A stretch of DNA of 40,483 bases, taken from the NCBI GenBank assembly GCA_030838785.1, contig JAUZEY010000019.1:1-40483 (forward strand), given 5' to 3'. Shown here one piece after another: positions 24,859 through 33,948 of this stretch; the first letter of the stretch is position 1, and the number at the start of each line of letters is the position of its first letter. The stretch is from Actinomycetota bacterium. Its GTDB lineage: Bacteria > Actinomycetota > Acidimicrobiia > IMCC26256 > BP-133. The translations under genes and the position numbers were made by a program. A model generated the notes under the pieces. The model was not told the origin of the DNA and did no database searches. It saw only the letters and a list, made by a program, of their open reading frames with translations.

Positions 24859-26749
24859 GGCCGATCAGCCCCGAGCCTTCCCCGGGCACCGCGCCTCCGA
24901 CTCCGTCGTCGTCGACCGACAGACGGAGCACCGCACCCTCCGCCGCGAGGCGCACACGGACCAGAGACGCCCGGGCGTGCTTGGCCACGTTGGTGAGGGC
25001 TTCCGACACGACGTAGTACACCGCCACCTGGACGCTGTCGGGCAGCCGCCGGTCGCCGGACACGTCCAGTTGGACCGGGACGGACGAGCGGCGGGCCAGG
25101 ACCTTGAGAGCGGCCTCCATCCCGCCTTGCGAGAGGATCGCCGGGTGGATGCCCCGGGAGATCTCCTGCAGGTTGTCGACCGCCGCCGCCAGCCCGTCCG
25201 CCGTACTGGCCAACTGCGCTTTGACCTCGACCATCTCGGGCGGCACCGAGGCGTCGGCGGCGCGCAGGTCGAGGGCCAGGGCGACCAGACGTTGCTGCGT
25301 CCCGTCATGGAGATCCCGCTCGATGCGGCGGCGGCTCTCGTCGGCGGCGGCCACGACCCGGGCCCGGGAGGCGGCGAGCTCGACGCGGCTGTCAGCGTTG
25401 GCGATGGCGGTGGCCGCGAGCTCCGTGAACTGGGCGAGCCGCCCCTCGGCGCCCGCCGGCAGTGGCCCCGGGCCGAGCCAGCCGGCGGTCATCACACCCC
25501 AGAGGCGGCCCTGGACGACGATGGGCCCGGCGACGGCGGAGCGAAGGCCAGGTTGGCGGGCCAGGGCGGCGGGGCCGAGGGCACGCTGGACGTCGTCGAG
25601 CCGCGCCGCACGGCCGGTGCGCAACACCGCGGCGACAGCGCCGTTCTCGTCGAGTTCCAGGCGTTCACCGACGAAGCGCCGGCCGAGCTCAGGGAGTTCA
25701 CCCCGCCCCGCCAGGATGGTCGTCGTCCCGTCGGGCTCACAGCGGAGCAGCCTCGTGAGGGGTGCCTCCAGCAGCCAGCCCACCTCACCGCACACCGCGT
25801 CGAAGACCTCGGCCGGCGGGACGGCCCGCGCCACCAGGGTCGCCACCCGCCGCAGGGCGGCCTGCTCCTCGACCAGGAGGCAGAGCTCGTTGTGGCTGGT
25901 CTCCAGCGAGGCGCCCATCGTGTTGAAGGCCCGCTCCAGGACGCCGATCTCGTCCGCCCCGGTCTCGGGGAGGCGAACGGTGAGGTCACCGCCCGCCAGC
26001 CGGCCGGCCATGGCCGCCGCCCGGCGGACGGGCCGGGCGATCGTCCGGGTCAGGTAACCGGTGAAGAGCACGACGAGACCGATCGATCCCGCCACACCGA
26101 CCGTGGTGGCGAAGGTGGCCCGGCCGGCGGCGGAGCGGGCGTGCTGCTGGCGCGTCGAGGCGAGCCCGTCCTCGGACGCCCCGAAGCCGTCGAACTGGGC
26201 GCGGAGCGCGTCGACCCGCCGTTTCCCCTCCTCGGTCACGGCCACGGTCAGGACCGACGCCCGGTCGCGTCGCGCCTGGTCCACGGTCGGTTCGGAGTAC
26301 TCCCGGATGTACGCCCGGGCGGCGTCGGTGATCCCCTGCGCCCGGTGGCACTGCACGGCGTTCCCCCCGGCGGTGAGCCGCTCCAGAACTCCGGCCTGCG
26401 GGGGGAAGCTCCGGCGGGCGGCGTCCCACGGTTCGAGGAAGCGCTCGTCGCCGGTGATGACGAAGCCGCGCTGGCCCGTCTCCAGGTCGATGACCAGCCG
26501 CTCGAGCCGGTTGGCGGCGGCCAGCACCGATTCGGAGTTCCGGGCCCGGACGCCCGACCGGCGTAACTCCGCGATCGTCACGAGGACGACCGTGAACGCC
26601 GTGCCGACGAGGAGGGCGAGCAGGCCGCCGGCGATCACGGTCCGCCGGGTCAGCCCAACCCTCGAGTGCTCCTTGATGGTTCGTCTCTCCCTTAGTACCC
26701 CCGCGTCGCCTGCACCTTGGCAAACCCGACGGGGGCCACGCACGGGCAT
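24761..26749 (-). CDS. Sensor histidine kinase, CHASE3-HAMP-GAF-HisKA_3-HATPase_c (paralog of 1008..2969, no adjacent response regulator)
   Basis: Same domain order and near-identical blocks: ERLVIDLETGQRGFVITGDERFLEPW, RRRIERDLHDGTQQRL, EALTNVAKHA, GSGLIGLRDRIEALGGTIE. Confidence 0.9.
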   Translation of the reverse strand: MPVRGPRRVCQGAGDAGVLRERRTIKEHSRVGLTRRTVIAGGLLALLVGTAFTVVLVTIAELRRSGVRARNSESVLAAANRLERLVIDLETGQRGFVITGDERFLEPWDAARRSFPPQAGVLERLTAGGNAVQCHRAQGITDAARAYIREYSEPTVDQARRDRASVLTVAVTEEGKRRVDALRAQFDGFGASEDGLASTRQQHARSAAGRATFATTVGVAGSIGLVVLFTGYLTRTIARPVRRAAAMAGRLAGGDLTVRLPETGADEIGVLERAFNTMGASLETSHNELCLLVEEQAALRRVATLVARAVPPAEVFDAVCGEVGWLLEAPLTRLLRCEPDGTTTILAGRGELPELGRRFVGERLELDENGAVAAVLRTGRAARLDDVQRALGPAALARQPGLRSAVAGPIVVQGRLWGVMTAGWLGPGPLPAGAEGRLAQFTELAATAIANADSRVELAASRARVVAAADESRRRIERDLHDGTQQRLVALALDLRAADASVPPEMVEVKAQLASTADGLAAAVDNLQEISRGIHPAILSQGGMEAALKVLARRSSVPVQLDVSGDRRLPDSVQVAVYYVVSEALTNVAKHARASLVRVRLAAEGAVLRLSVDDDGVGGAVPGEGSGLIGLRDRIEALGGTIEIASPAGTGTTLLVEIPVAP

Positions 26750-26875
26750 TCCAGGGCCAACTCCGGGCCGGATCTGGTCTTCCCAGCACGGTGTCCCCTC
26801 CGGCCCGGCCGGCTCACAATGCGCCGGAAGCGTGAACCCGCGTTTTCTTGACTGCCACAGGGGATCCGGAGGCCG

Positions 26876-27724
26876 ATGGACGGACAGCGCGCACGAGTGT
26901 TACTCCGTGCTGAACGATTCCGGTTGCAGGAACGACTGAAGGCCCTGGCCGGCGAAGAGGCGACGATTGCGACCCGTATCCGCCAGCAGCTGGCCTCCTT
27001 CGACCGGGCCCAGCACCGGCTGGAGGCGGGGGCGGAGCTCACCGCGGAGGAGTGCCGGCTCGACACCCCGGTGATCTTCTGGGAATGTGAGGGCGTCTCC
27101 ACGAGGAGCGAGGGTCACATGACGGAGTCCATAGCCCTTGGCGTCAACGGGCTCTCCATTCCGCCGGGTACCCACATCTGCGCCTTCTTCCGGGGGATTC
27201 CGGAACGAGACGAGATCATGGTCCCCTTTCTCATGGAGGGCCTCCGCGCCGGAGACAAGTGCACGTGCATCATCGATGACGCAGTGGACGGGGTCCGCAC
27301 CGCCCTCGGGGCGGCACTGGCCCCGTGCGCCGCCGGCGGCCAGCTCCACATCCAGCCCTCGAAGGACGCCTACCTCCGCCGGGGCACGTTCTCCACGCAG
27401 GGCATGCTCGACTTCTGGGAGGAGTCGGTGGGAGCGGCGCTGGGCGAGCAGGGTTTCCCGTTCTCCCGGTCGGTGGGGGATGCGACCTTCACGCTGCGGG
27501 AACTGCCTGACCTCTACGACTTCATGACCTACGAGGCGGAGCTGAACCGGTTCCTGCCCCGCTACCCCCAGGTGATCATGTGCCTCTACGACCTCGACCG
27601 GTTCGGGGGACAGGTCCTGGTCGAAATCCTGAAGACGCACCCGAAGGTGCTCATGGGCTCCACCGTCCTCGACAACCTCTATTACCTCGAGCCCGACGAG
27701 TTCCTGGCCAGCCGGGGACGGTGA
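26876..27724 (+). CDS. MEDS-domain protein (possible sensory/partner-switch component)
   Basis: GTHICAFFRGIPERDEIMVPFLMEGLRAGDKCTCII...VIMCLYDLDRF... is MEDS-like. ATG 26876 behind GGAGG adds an 81-aa coiled-coil-like N-terminus. Alternative ATG 27119 behind GAGGAG. Confidence 0.75.
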   Translation: MDGQRARVLLRAERFRLQERLKALAGEEATIATRIRQQLASFDRAQHRLEAGAELTAEECRLDTPVIFWECEGVSTRSEGHMTESIALGVNGLSIPPGTHICAFFRGIPERDEIMVPFLMEGLRAGDKCTCIIDDAVDGVRTALGAALAPCAAGGQLHIQPSKDAYLRRGTFSTQGMLDFWEESVGAALGEQGFPFSRSVGDATFTLRELPDLYDFMTYEAELNRFLPRYPQVIMCLYDLDRFGGQVLVEILKTHPKVLMGSTVLDNLYYLEPDEFLASRGR

Positions 27725-29382
27725 TCGAGGCCAGCGCCTCCCCGGGCAACATCACCGTCCGGGACCTGCTCTCGTCGCTGCGCGCCCTGCAGGTTCTGTC
27801 GATGGTGATGACGGACAGCGCCGGCGAGGACGAGATCCTCGATCTGGCCGTCTCCTCCGTCCCTTCGCTCAGTCGCTGCCGGGCGGAAGCCGTCTGGCTC
27901 GACGGAGCGTGGCGGTCGGTTCACTCCCTCCGGGGGCGGGTCGGGGCCCGGGCCGACCTCGAGGGCCAGATCGGCCTCCTCGGCCGGGCCGGTGGACCGC
28001 TCCGCTCGGCGGGCCTGGGCTGGATCTGGGCCTTCCCCCTCTCGAGCCGGGGTGGGGCGTCGGGCCACCTGGTGGTCGGCGCTCCGGAGCCGCCGCCCGA
28101 CCACGAGCGGTCGGTGATCCAGGCGCTGGCCCAGCAGACCGGGGTGGCGCTCGCCAATGCCCGCCTGCTGGCCCGGGAGCGGGCCACGGCATCGGAGCTG
28201 CGCACCACGTTGGAGGCCTTCCGTCACAGCATGGACATCCACGACCGGCTCACCCGGGTGGCGGCGGCCGGCGAGGGGTTGGAGGGGATCGTCCGCGCCG
28301 TCCACCAGCTCACCGGCCACCCGGTGGCCATCGAGGACCGGGCCGGGATCCTGCAGGCCTGGGCCGGACCGGACCGGCCCGACCCCTATCCGAGGGACGC
28401 TCCCGCCCGCCGGGAGCGGATGCTCCGCCAGGCGCTGGCCGCCGGGCGGCCGGTTCGGGACGGCGGCCGCCTCCTGGCCCTGGCCCTGTCGCGGGAGGAC
28501 ATCTTCGGCGTCGTCGCCCTCATCGACCCCGGGGGCCTGGCCGGCGAGGCCGAACAGATCGCGCTGGAGCACGGTGCCACGGTCCTGGCCATGGAACTGG
28601 CGCGGCTCCGGAGCGTGGCCGAGACCGAGTTGCGCCTGGGGCGCGATCTCCTCGACGAGCTGCTGGCCGGCCACGACACGCAGGGTGTCCTGAAGCGGGC
28701 CGGGGCGCTCGGCTACGACCTCGACCAGGTCCACCGGGTCGTCGTGGTCGAGGGCCACAGCCGGACCCGCGACGAGGAGTACTTCTTCCATGCCGTGCGG
28801 CGCTGCGCCCGGGACCTGGGCATCGGTTCGCTGCTCGGAGTCCGGGCGGGGGCGGTCGTGATCCTGGCCGACGCCGCCGGGGACTGGGAGCGGCTCCGTT
28901 CCGCCGTCCTCTCCGACGTCGGCCGGGGCAGCTGCCGGCTGGGCGTCGGGGGATGTTACGACTCTATCGGCGACCTGCCCCGTTCCTACCGGGAGGCGCA
29001 GATGGCCCTCAGGACGCAGAAGGCCGCCCGGACGGAGGACCGGGCGACGGTCTTCGACGAGCTCGGTGTCTACCGGGTCCTGGCCGGCGTGGAAGACCCT
29101 GGCACGGTGGAGCGCTACGTCCGTGACTGGCTCGGACCCCTGATCGACTACGACGCCCGCAAGGACTCGGAACTCGTCGTCACCCTCTCCGGCTACCTGG
29201 AATGCGGTGGCAGCTACGACGGCGCGGCCAAGGCGCTGTCGGTGCACCGCAGCACCCTGCGCTACCGGTTGGAGCGCATCCGGGAGGTCCTGGGCCACGA
29301 CCTCGGTGACCCCGACACCCGCTTCAACCTTCAGCTCGCCACCCGGGCCTGGGCCACCCTCCAGGCGATGGGCGAGCCGTAA
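27721..29382 (+). CDS. GAF-containing PucR/CdaR-family transcriptional regulator
   Basis: GTGA overlap with the MEDS stop. C-terminal HTH GSYDGAAKALSVHRSTLRYRLERIREVLG. Confidence 0.85.
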   Translation: MIEASASPGNITVRDLLSSLRALQVLSMVMTDSAGEDEILDLAVSSVPSLSRCRAEAVWLDGAWRSVHSLRGRVGARADLEGQIGLLGRAGGPLRSAGLGWIWAFPLSSRGGASGHLVVGAPEPPPDHERSVIQALAQQTGVALANARLLARERATASELRTTLEAFRHSMDIHDRLTRVAAAGEGLEGIVRAVHQLTGHPVAIEDRAGILQAWAGPDRPDPYPRDAPARRERMLRQALAAGRPVRDGGRLLALALSREDIFGVVALIDPGGLAGEAEQIALEHGATVLAMELARLRSVAETELRLGRDLLDELLAGHDTQGVLKRAGALGYDLDQVHRVVVVEGHSRTRDEEYFFHAVRRCARDLGIGSLLGVRAGAVVILADAAGDWERLRSAVLSDVGRGSCRLGVGGCYDSIGDLPRSYREAQMALRTQKAARTEDRATVFDELGVYRVLAGVEDPGTVERYVRDWLGPLIDYDARKDSELVVTLSGYLECGGSYDGAAKALSVHRSTLRYRLERIREVLGHDLGDPDTRFNLQLATRAWATLQAMGEP

Positions 29383-29397
29383 CCCGCCGGAGCCCGC

Positions 29398-29462
29398 CTG
29401 ACTACCCGATCGCCTGACTACTCGATCGCGTGGTGTGTCCCCGGCGTCGAGGTCTCATGCTT
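29398..29462 (+). promoter_or_regulatory. Recurrent box, copy 8 (5' 16 nt tandemly duplicated) + CATGCT hexamer
   Basis: CTGACTACCCGATCGC at 29398-29413, then CTGACTACTCGATCGCGTGGTGTG ending at 29438. CATGCT at 29457-29462. Confidence 0.5.
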
Positions 29463-29515
29463 TCCGAGAAACCGTGGTGCTTCCGACCGAAGCACCTTCA
29501 CAATCGAGGAGAGTC

Positions 29516-29662
29516 ATGCGAAAGCTTCTTGGCGCACTGGCCGTCGGAGTGCTGGCCATCACGGCGTCCGCACCGGCGGCCCACGCCGCTCCGGCGGCGG
29601 GGGTGGCCCACCACCGCTGTCACCACGGCATCGTGAGCGAAGTCCTCGGCTACCTGTTGTAG
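29516..29662 (+). CDS. 48-aa secreted His-rich peptide
   Basis: GAGGAG before ATG 29516. Signal peptide MRKLLGALAVGVLAITASAPAAHA. Mature part APAAGVAHHRCHHGIVSEVLGYLL. Confidence 0.5.
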   Translation: MRKLLGALAVGVLAITASAPAAHAAPAAGVAHHRCHHGIVSEVLGYLL

Positions 29663-29682
29663 CTCGTGAGAGCACGCGAACC

Positions 29683-29717
29683 CGCCGCTCCGCAGTCATC
29701 TCGGCTGCGGGGCGGCG
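29683..29717. terminator. 13-bp stem hairpin between convergent genes
   Basis: CGCCGCTCCGCAG-(9 nt)-CTGCGGGGCGGCG, with one G-U pair. Confidence 0.5.
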
Positions 29718-29739
29718 AGGAACGTCGAAGGGAATGGGA

Positions 29740-30150
29740 TCAGTAGCCGTTGCCGTCGCAGGTGTCGCCGCGGTGGTCGCCACCGAAGAAGTAGCCATCG
29801 CCGTAGCCATCGCCGTAGCCATCGCCGTAGCCATCGCCGTAGCAATCGTGGGAGCCGTGATCCCCGCCGCGGTAGTCGCCGCCGTGATCCCCGTCGCGGT
29901 GATCCCCGTCGCGGTTATCCCCGTCGCGGTTATCCCCGCCGCGGTGATCCCCGCCGCCGTCGCCCCGGTGGCCGCCGTCGCCCCAGTGATCGCCGCCACT
30001 CCGGTGGCCGCCGCCGCCGTGCCCGCCACCGTGCTCCGCATGGATCTGGCCGGGCCTGCCCACCTGCGGGGTGGCCGTGGAGGCCCCCGCCGGTGACGCC
30101 AGTGTGACGACCAGCGCACCACCGGCCAGGGCAATGAGCATCTTGCGCAT
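29740..30150 (-). CDS. Secreted Gly/Asp/His-rich tandem-repeat protein
   Basis: GAGGAG before ATG 30150. Signal peptide MRKMLIALAGGALVVTLASPAGA. Mature part HAEHGGGHGGGGHRSGGDHWGDGGHRGDGGGDHRGGDNRDGDNRDGDHRDGDHGGDYRGGDHGSHDCYGDGYGDGYGDGYGDGYFFGGDHRGDTCDGNGY. All three minus frames are open, so the strand and frame were chosen on the signal peptide and SD. Confidence 0.6.
   Translation of the reverse strand: MRKMLIALAGGALVVTLASPAGASTATPQVGRPGQIHAEHGGGHGGGGHRSGGDHWGDGGHRGDGGGDHRGGDNRDGDNRDGDHRDGDHGGDYRGGDHGSHDCYGDGYGDGYGDGYGDGYFFGGDHRGDTCDGNGY
29791..29958 (-). repeat. In-frame micro-tandem repeats: 4-5 x 12 nt (GDGY) and 5 x 15 nt (D-H/N-R-D/G-G)
   Basis: GTAGCCATCGCC x4 at 29791-29838, plus a degenerate 5th copy. 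GTGATCCCCGTCGCG-type 15-mers at 29884-29958. Confidence 0.85.
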
Positions 30151-30205
30151 TGGAGCTCCTCTCGTGGATCTGTCGTGCGTTGCTCGTGTCGAGTCGACGG
30201 TCAGG

Positions 30206-30871
30206 TCATCCGTGTCCGGCGTGCCCCCACCACCACCCCTCGGGATCGGCCGGGCGCGGGTGCTGCGCCTGCGGGGGCAGGGGGACGCCGTTGACGTCGA
30301 TGAAGTGCACCTGTTCAGCCCCGAGCCACCGCAGGAGCCGGGCGGCCCGGGCGGCGGTGTCAGGGTCCCCGAGGTGCACGCTGACGAGCACATCCCGCTC
30401 CGCCATCTCCGGCCGGTCGCCCCGGTCCGGACCCCAGTCCTGTTGCCGGGCCAGGCCCGCGCCGCCGACGACGAGTCCGATCGTCGCTCCCGCCAGGCCG
30501 ATGACGGCGGTGGCGAGGAGGACCCGGCCCGGGCGGCTGAAGTCCGAGACGAACAGGTAGGCCCAGGCCAGCCCGGCGACGAGCCCGAGCGCCGTTCCGG
30601 CCGCGCCGAGAGCGAGGGCGGCGATGAACGCCCCCGTGGCCTGCGGTCCCGAGAGGACGCCCCAGCCGTCGCCGGCTTCGTCCCCCATCTCCGCCTCGAG
30701 CTCGATGACCTCGGCGCAGCCCGGCCCGTCGTCGGGCCGGTGCACCGTGATGGCCGCAGAGGGAATGCCGCTGCTGGTCAGGGTGTCGAGGGCGACGAGG
30801 CTGTCGTGCTCCTCGGCGAACGCCGCAATGACGTTGAATCGTGCTCCGAACCCGGTGTCTGTCTCTGACAC
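30206..30871 (-). CDS. Membrane protein with general-stress-protein-like soluble domains and a glycine-zipper TM core
   Basis: GTG 30871 behind GGAGGTGGAG. FNVIAAFAEEHDSLVALDTLTSSGI, central Gly/Ala-rich TM helices, C-terminus PEGWWWGHAGHG. Confidence 0.65.
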   Translation of the reverse strand: MSETDTGFGARFNVIAAFAEEHDSLVALDTLTSSGIPSAAITVHRPDDGPGCAEVIELEAEMGDEAGDGWGVLSGPQATGAFIAALALGAAGTALGLVAGLAWAYLFVSDFSRPGRVLLATAVIGLAGATIGLVVGGAGLARQQDWGPDRGDRPEMAERDVLVSVHLGDPDTAARAARLLRWLGAEQVHFIDVNGVPLPPQAQHPRPADPEGWWWGHAGHG

Positions 30872-30895
30872 GCTCCACCTCCGGTCTCTACCTGC

Positions 30896-30942
30896 AGCCT
30901 GGACCGGGGTGAAGGTGGGTACATCACGCGACCGTGTAGTTC
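30896..30942 (-). promoter_or_regulatory. Recurrent box, copy 9 + CAGGCT hexamer (minus strand)
   Basis: Minus strand GAACTACACGGTCGCGTGATGTA at 30942-30920 and CAGGCT at 30901-30896. Confidence 0.55.
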
Positions 30943-30961
30943 TCGAGGGCTCGTCGACCCG

Positions 30962-32581
30962 TCAGGGCCCGACTTCACCGGTGGAGTGTACGGGCCGGCC
31001 GCCGACCAGGGTCAGGTCGGAACGGATCGCCGGAATCCGTTCCTCCGCCACGCTGAAGTAGTCCGCATTCAACACGGCCAGGTCGGCGCGGGCGCCGGGG
31101 TGCAGGTGGCCGCGGTCCGCCTCCTCGAAACTGAGCCAGGCACTTCCCGCCGTGTACAGGCGCAGCGCCTCCGCCCGGCCGATCAGGTGTACGTCGTCGC
31201 GCCGGCGGACGCCGTCCAGCGACGTGCCGGTGATCAACCACCAGAGGGAGAGCCAGGGGTTGAAGGAGGACGCCCGGCTGGCGTCGGTACCGGCGGCCAG
31301 CGGGATGCCGGCGGCGAGCAGGTCGGCCAGCGGGGGAGTGCTGGCCAGGGCCTCCCTGCCCCACACCGCGGCCGAGGCCGCCGCCTTGAACACCTGGTGA
31401 TCGTCGACCACGACGCCACCGCCGAGAGCACGGAGCCGGCGCACGTTCCGCCGGCTGATCCGGTCGGCGTGCGACAGGGAGAATCGGAGGCCGGCCAACG
31501 GAATCCGCTCGTTCACCGCTTCCCAGCAGTCCAGGATGCGGCTGATCGACTCGTCCGTGATGGCGTGGATGTTCATCGGCCAGCCGCGTTCGGCCGTGCG
31601 GTAGCTGATCCGGCGCAGTTGCTCGGCGGACCCGTCGGAGATAGCGAACTCCTCCAGACCCTCGAAATCGTGGCAGCCGAAGTGCACCACCTCGCCGATG
31701 CCGGCGAAGCGCAGCATCTCGTCGCCGAACCGGGACTGGGCGTGCCGCAGCCAGGCGTCCACTTGGCGGTACTCCTCTCCGGGGTCTACCGCCGACAGCA
31801 GCAGCCGCGTCCGCATCGAGAGCTCCTGGCCCCGCCACAGTTCGAACAGCGCGTCGTAGCGTTCCGGTGCCATGCCGAACCCGCCGGCGTCCACCACGCC
31901 GGTCAGGCCGGTGGCGTGCAGGTCGGCGAACATGGCGGCGGTCGAGCGCTGTTGCCGAGCCGGCTCGAGCGGCGGGATGGCGTCGAGGCAGAACGTGAAC
32001 GCGCCCATACCGTGGATCCGGCCGGTCGGCTCGCCGGTGAGCGGGTCCCGCTCGACGTGACCGCCCGGCGGGTCCCCGGCCAGCTTGTCCAGCCCGGTCT
32101 CGAGCATCGCGGCGGAGTTGAGCACCGCCGACTCGTAGAGAGCCTGGACGTACACCGGATGATCACCGGACACCCCGTCCAGTTCACTCCTGGTCGGCTC
32201 GCGGGCTTCGGTGAACTGGCACGGATGCCAGCCGCCGATGGCCCGGATCCACTCGCCGGGCTGGGCCCGCTCGGCCGCGGCGCGGATGCTGGCCAGGGCG
32301 CTGTCCACGTCGGGAACTCCGGTCCAGTGCAACTCACCGGTCCAGGTCAGGCCGGCTCGTACCGCGTGGATGTGCCCGTCGATCAGGCCGGGGATCACCC
32401 GCCGCCCAGCGAGGTCGATCACCCGCGTTTCGCGTCCGATCAGCTCCCGCAGGCGCTCGTCGGTGCCGTGCGCCAGCACCCGTCCGTCGTGGACGGCGAG
32501 GGCGGTCGGTTCCGGACCGGCCACCGGATCGCCTCCCGTCCAGATCCGGCCGTTGAGGTAGACGTCATCCGCATGAGCCAT
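30962..32581 (-). CDS. Amidohydrolase family 3 protein (YtcJ-like)
   Basis: VIPGLIDGHIHAV metal motif, 539 aa, typical Amidohydro_3 length. Confidence 0.88.
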   Translation of the reverse strand: MAHADDVYLNGRIWTGGDPVAGPEPTALAVHDGRVLAHGTDERLRELIGRETRVIDLAGRRVIPGLIDGHIHAVRAGLTWTGELHWTGVPDVDSALASIRAAAERAQPGEWIRAIGGWHPCQFTEAREPTRSELDGVSGDHPVYVQALYESAVLNSAAMLETGLDKLAGDPPGGHVERDPLTGEPTGRIHGMGAFTFCLDAIPPLEPARQQRSTAAMFADLHATGLTGVVDAGGFGMAPERYDALFELWRGQELSMRTRLLLSAVDPGEEYRQVDAWLRHAQSRFGDEMLRFAGIGEVVHFGCHDFEGLEEFAISDGSAEQLRRISYRTAERGWPMNIHAITDESISRILDCWEAVNERIPLAGLRFSLSHADRISRRNVRRLRALGGGVVVDDHQVFKAAASAAVWGREALASTPPLADLLAAGIPLAAGTDASRASSFNPWLSLWWLITGTSLDGVRRRDDVHLIGRAEALRLYTAGSAWLSFEEADRGHLHPGARADLAVLNADYFSVAEERIPAIRSDLTLVGGRPVHSTGEVGP

Positions 32582-32594
32582 CCGAATTCGCCTC

Positions 32595-33941
32595 TCAGAA
32601 CCGCCTGAACGAGCCGCCGTAGCCCGGACCGGACCAGCCGGCCAGGAGCCGGTCCCGCGATGAGCGGGCGAGTCGCTGCACGGCCCGCATGTCGTGGCCG
32701 ACGATGCGGCCCGCCACCTTCACCGGCCGACCGGCGATGAACACCGTGTCGACGTTGTGGTTGTCCGCCAGCACCACGGCGGCCGGGAGGTTGTTCACCA
32801 GCGAGAGGTTCGGCAGGTCGATGTCGAGGAGGATGAGGTCGGCCTGCTTTCCCGGAGTGAGCGAGCCGATCCGGTCGTCGAGGCCCAGGGTGCGGGCGCC
32901 TTCGATGGTGGCCATCCGCACCACGTCGCGGGCGGTGATGCCCAGCTCGGACAGGGCCTCGCCCCGGGACAGCGCGTCACTGTTGCGGCGGCCCCGCTCG
33001 GCCTCCAGCGTGCCGCGCATCTCCGCGAACAGGCTGCCACCCACCCCGGACACGATGTCCACGCTCAGGCCCGGCTGGATTCCGGCGTCCAGCAACCGCC
33101 CGGTCACCGGGTAACCGTGTCCCATCTGCATTTCGATCCGCGGGGAGATCGACACGTGCCCGCCGCTGTCGGCGATCATTCCGAACTCGGCGTCGGTGCA
33201 GGCGTTGCAGTGGATGTAGATCAGATCCGGCCCGAGCAGGCCGAGCCGGTTCAACTCGGTGACCGACCGCTGCCGTCCGAGCAGGCCGACCCCGATGTGC
33301 ATCGACGCCCGAACGCCGAGATGGCGGGCCAGTTCCAGGTCGACCAGGGTGTCCTCCATCGGCCCGAACTCCGGGCCGTTGCTGGCCACGGCGAAGGTGA
33401 GGAGATCCCCGGTGGAGGAGAAAGACTGTTCGGCGACCCGGATGACGTCCTTGCGGTACCACTCGGCGGGCGGCGGCAGCGGATTGCCGTAGCCGAAGAC
33501 GGCCCGCACGCCGGATTCCCGCAGGGCGCGGACCGCTTCGTCGGCGTGGTCCGGACTGCGCATGATGTGGGCCCAGTCCATGATCGTGGTGATCCCGGCG
33601 TCCAGCGCCTCGATCGCGCCCAGGAAGGTGCCGGCGTACACGTCCTCCGGCGTGAAGCGCGGTCCCAGACCCAGCAGCATGTGCTCGAAGTACTGGCCGA
33701 GCGTCCAGTCGACGGCGAGCTGGCGCAGACAGGACTGCCAGAGGTGGCGGTGGGTGTCGACCAGCCCCGGCATCACGATCCGGTTGGTGGCGTCCACGAC
33801 CTGCGCGTCCTGGACCGGCAGCGACTCGCCGACGGCGACGATCCGGTCGTCCTCGACGAGGACGTCGCCCCGGGGCAGCTCACCGACGTCCGGGTCGACG
33901 CTGAAGACGATGCCGCCCCTGACGAGGGTCCTCGTCGTCAT
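32595..33941 (-). CDS. Amidohydrolase, ATZ/TRZ-type deaminase/chlorohydrolase-like
   Basis: ATG 33941. VMPGLVDTHRHLWQ (HxH motif), ...HCNA..., ...DIVSG.... Confidence 0.88.
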   Translation of the reverse strand: MTTRTLVRGGIVFSVDPDVGELPRGDVLVEDDRIVAVGESLPVQDAQVVDATNRIVMPGLVDTHRHLWQSCLRQLAVDWTLGQYFEHMLLGLGPRFTPEDVYAGTFLGAIEALDAGITTIMDWAHIMRSPDHADEAVRALRESGVRAVFGYGNPLPPPAEWYRKDVIRVAEQSFSSTGDLLTFAVASNGPEFGPMEDTLVDLELARHLGVRASMHIGVGLLGRQRSVTELNRLGLLGPDLIYIHCNACTDAEFGMIADSGGHVSISPRIEMQMGHGYPVTGRLLDAGIQPGLSVDIVSGVGGSLFAEMRGTLEAERGRRNSDALSRGEALSELGITARDVVRMATIEGARTLGLDDRIGSLTPGKQADLILLDIDLPNLSLVNNLPAAVVLADNHNVDTVFIAGRPVKVAGRIVGHDMRAVQRLARSSRDRLLAGWSGPGYGGSFRRF

Positions 33942-33948
33942 TGAGGTC

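Noticed and set aside
24428-26566. 712-aa plus-strand ORF
   Set aside because: It is antisense to the second histidine kinase and has a low-complexity Arg/Gly/Pro composition.
26750-26875. Search for a box copy or response-regulator gene next to the orphan kinase
   Set aside because: Only a vague resemblance was found (AGCGTGAAC), with no CAnnCT at the right distance. No receiver-domain ORF is present on either strand.
29791-29958. Short perfect tandem repeats that could be mistaken for a CRISPR array
   Set aside because: The units are 12-15 nt, directly abutting with no spacers, and in frame inside a coding region. No cas genes are present.
29734-30096. Plus-strand 120-aa ORF (VAIAVAIAV... 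repeats) and the minus-strand 191-aa frame at 29559..30134, both over the GDH-repeat locus
   Set aside because: The tandem repeats keep several frames open. Only the minus frame starting at 30150 has an SD, a signal peptide and a position downstream of a box promoter. The alternatives lack start signals.
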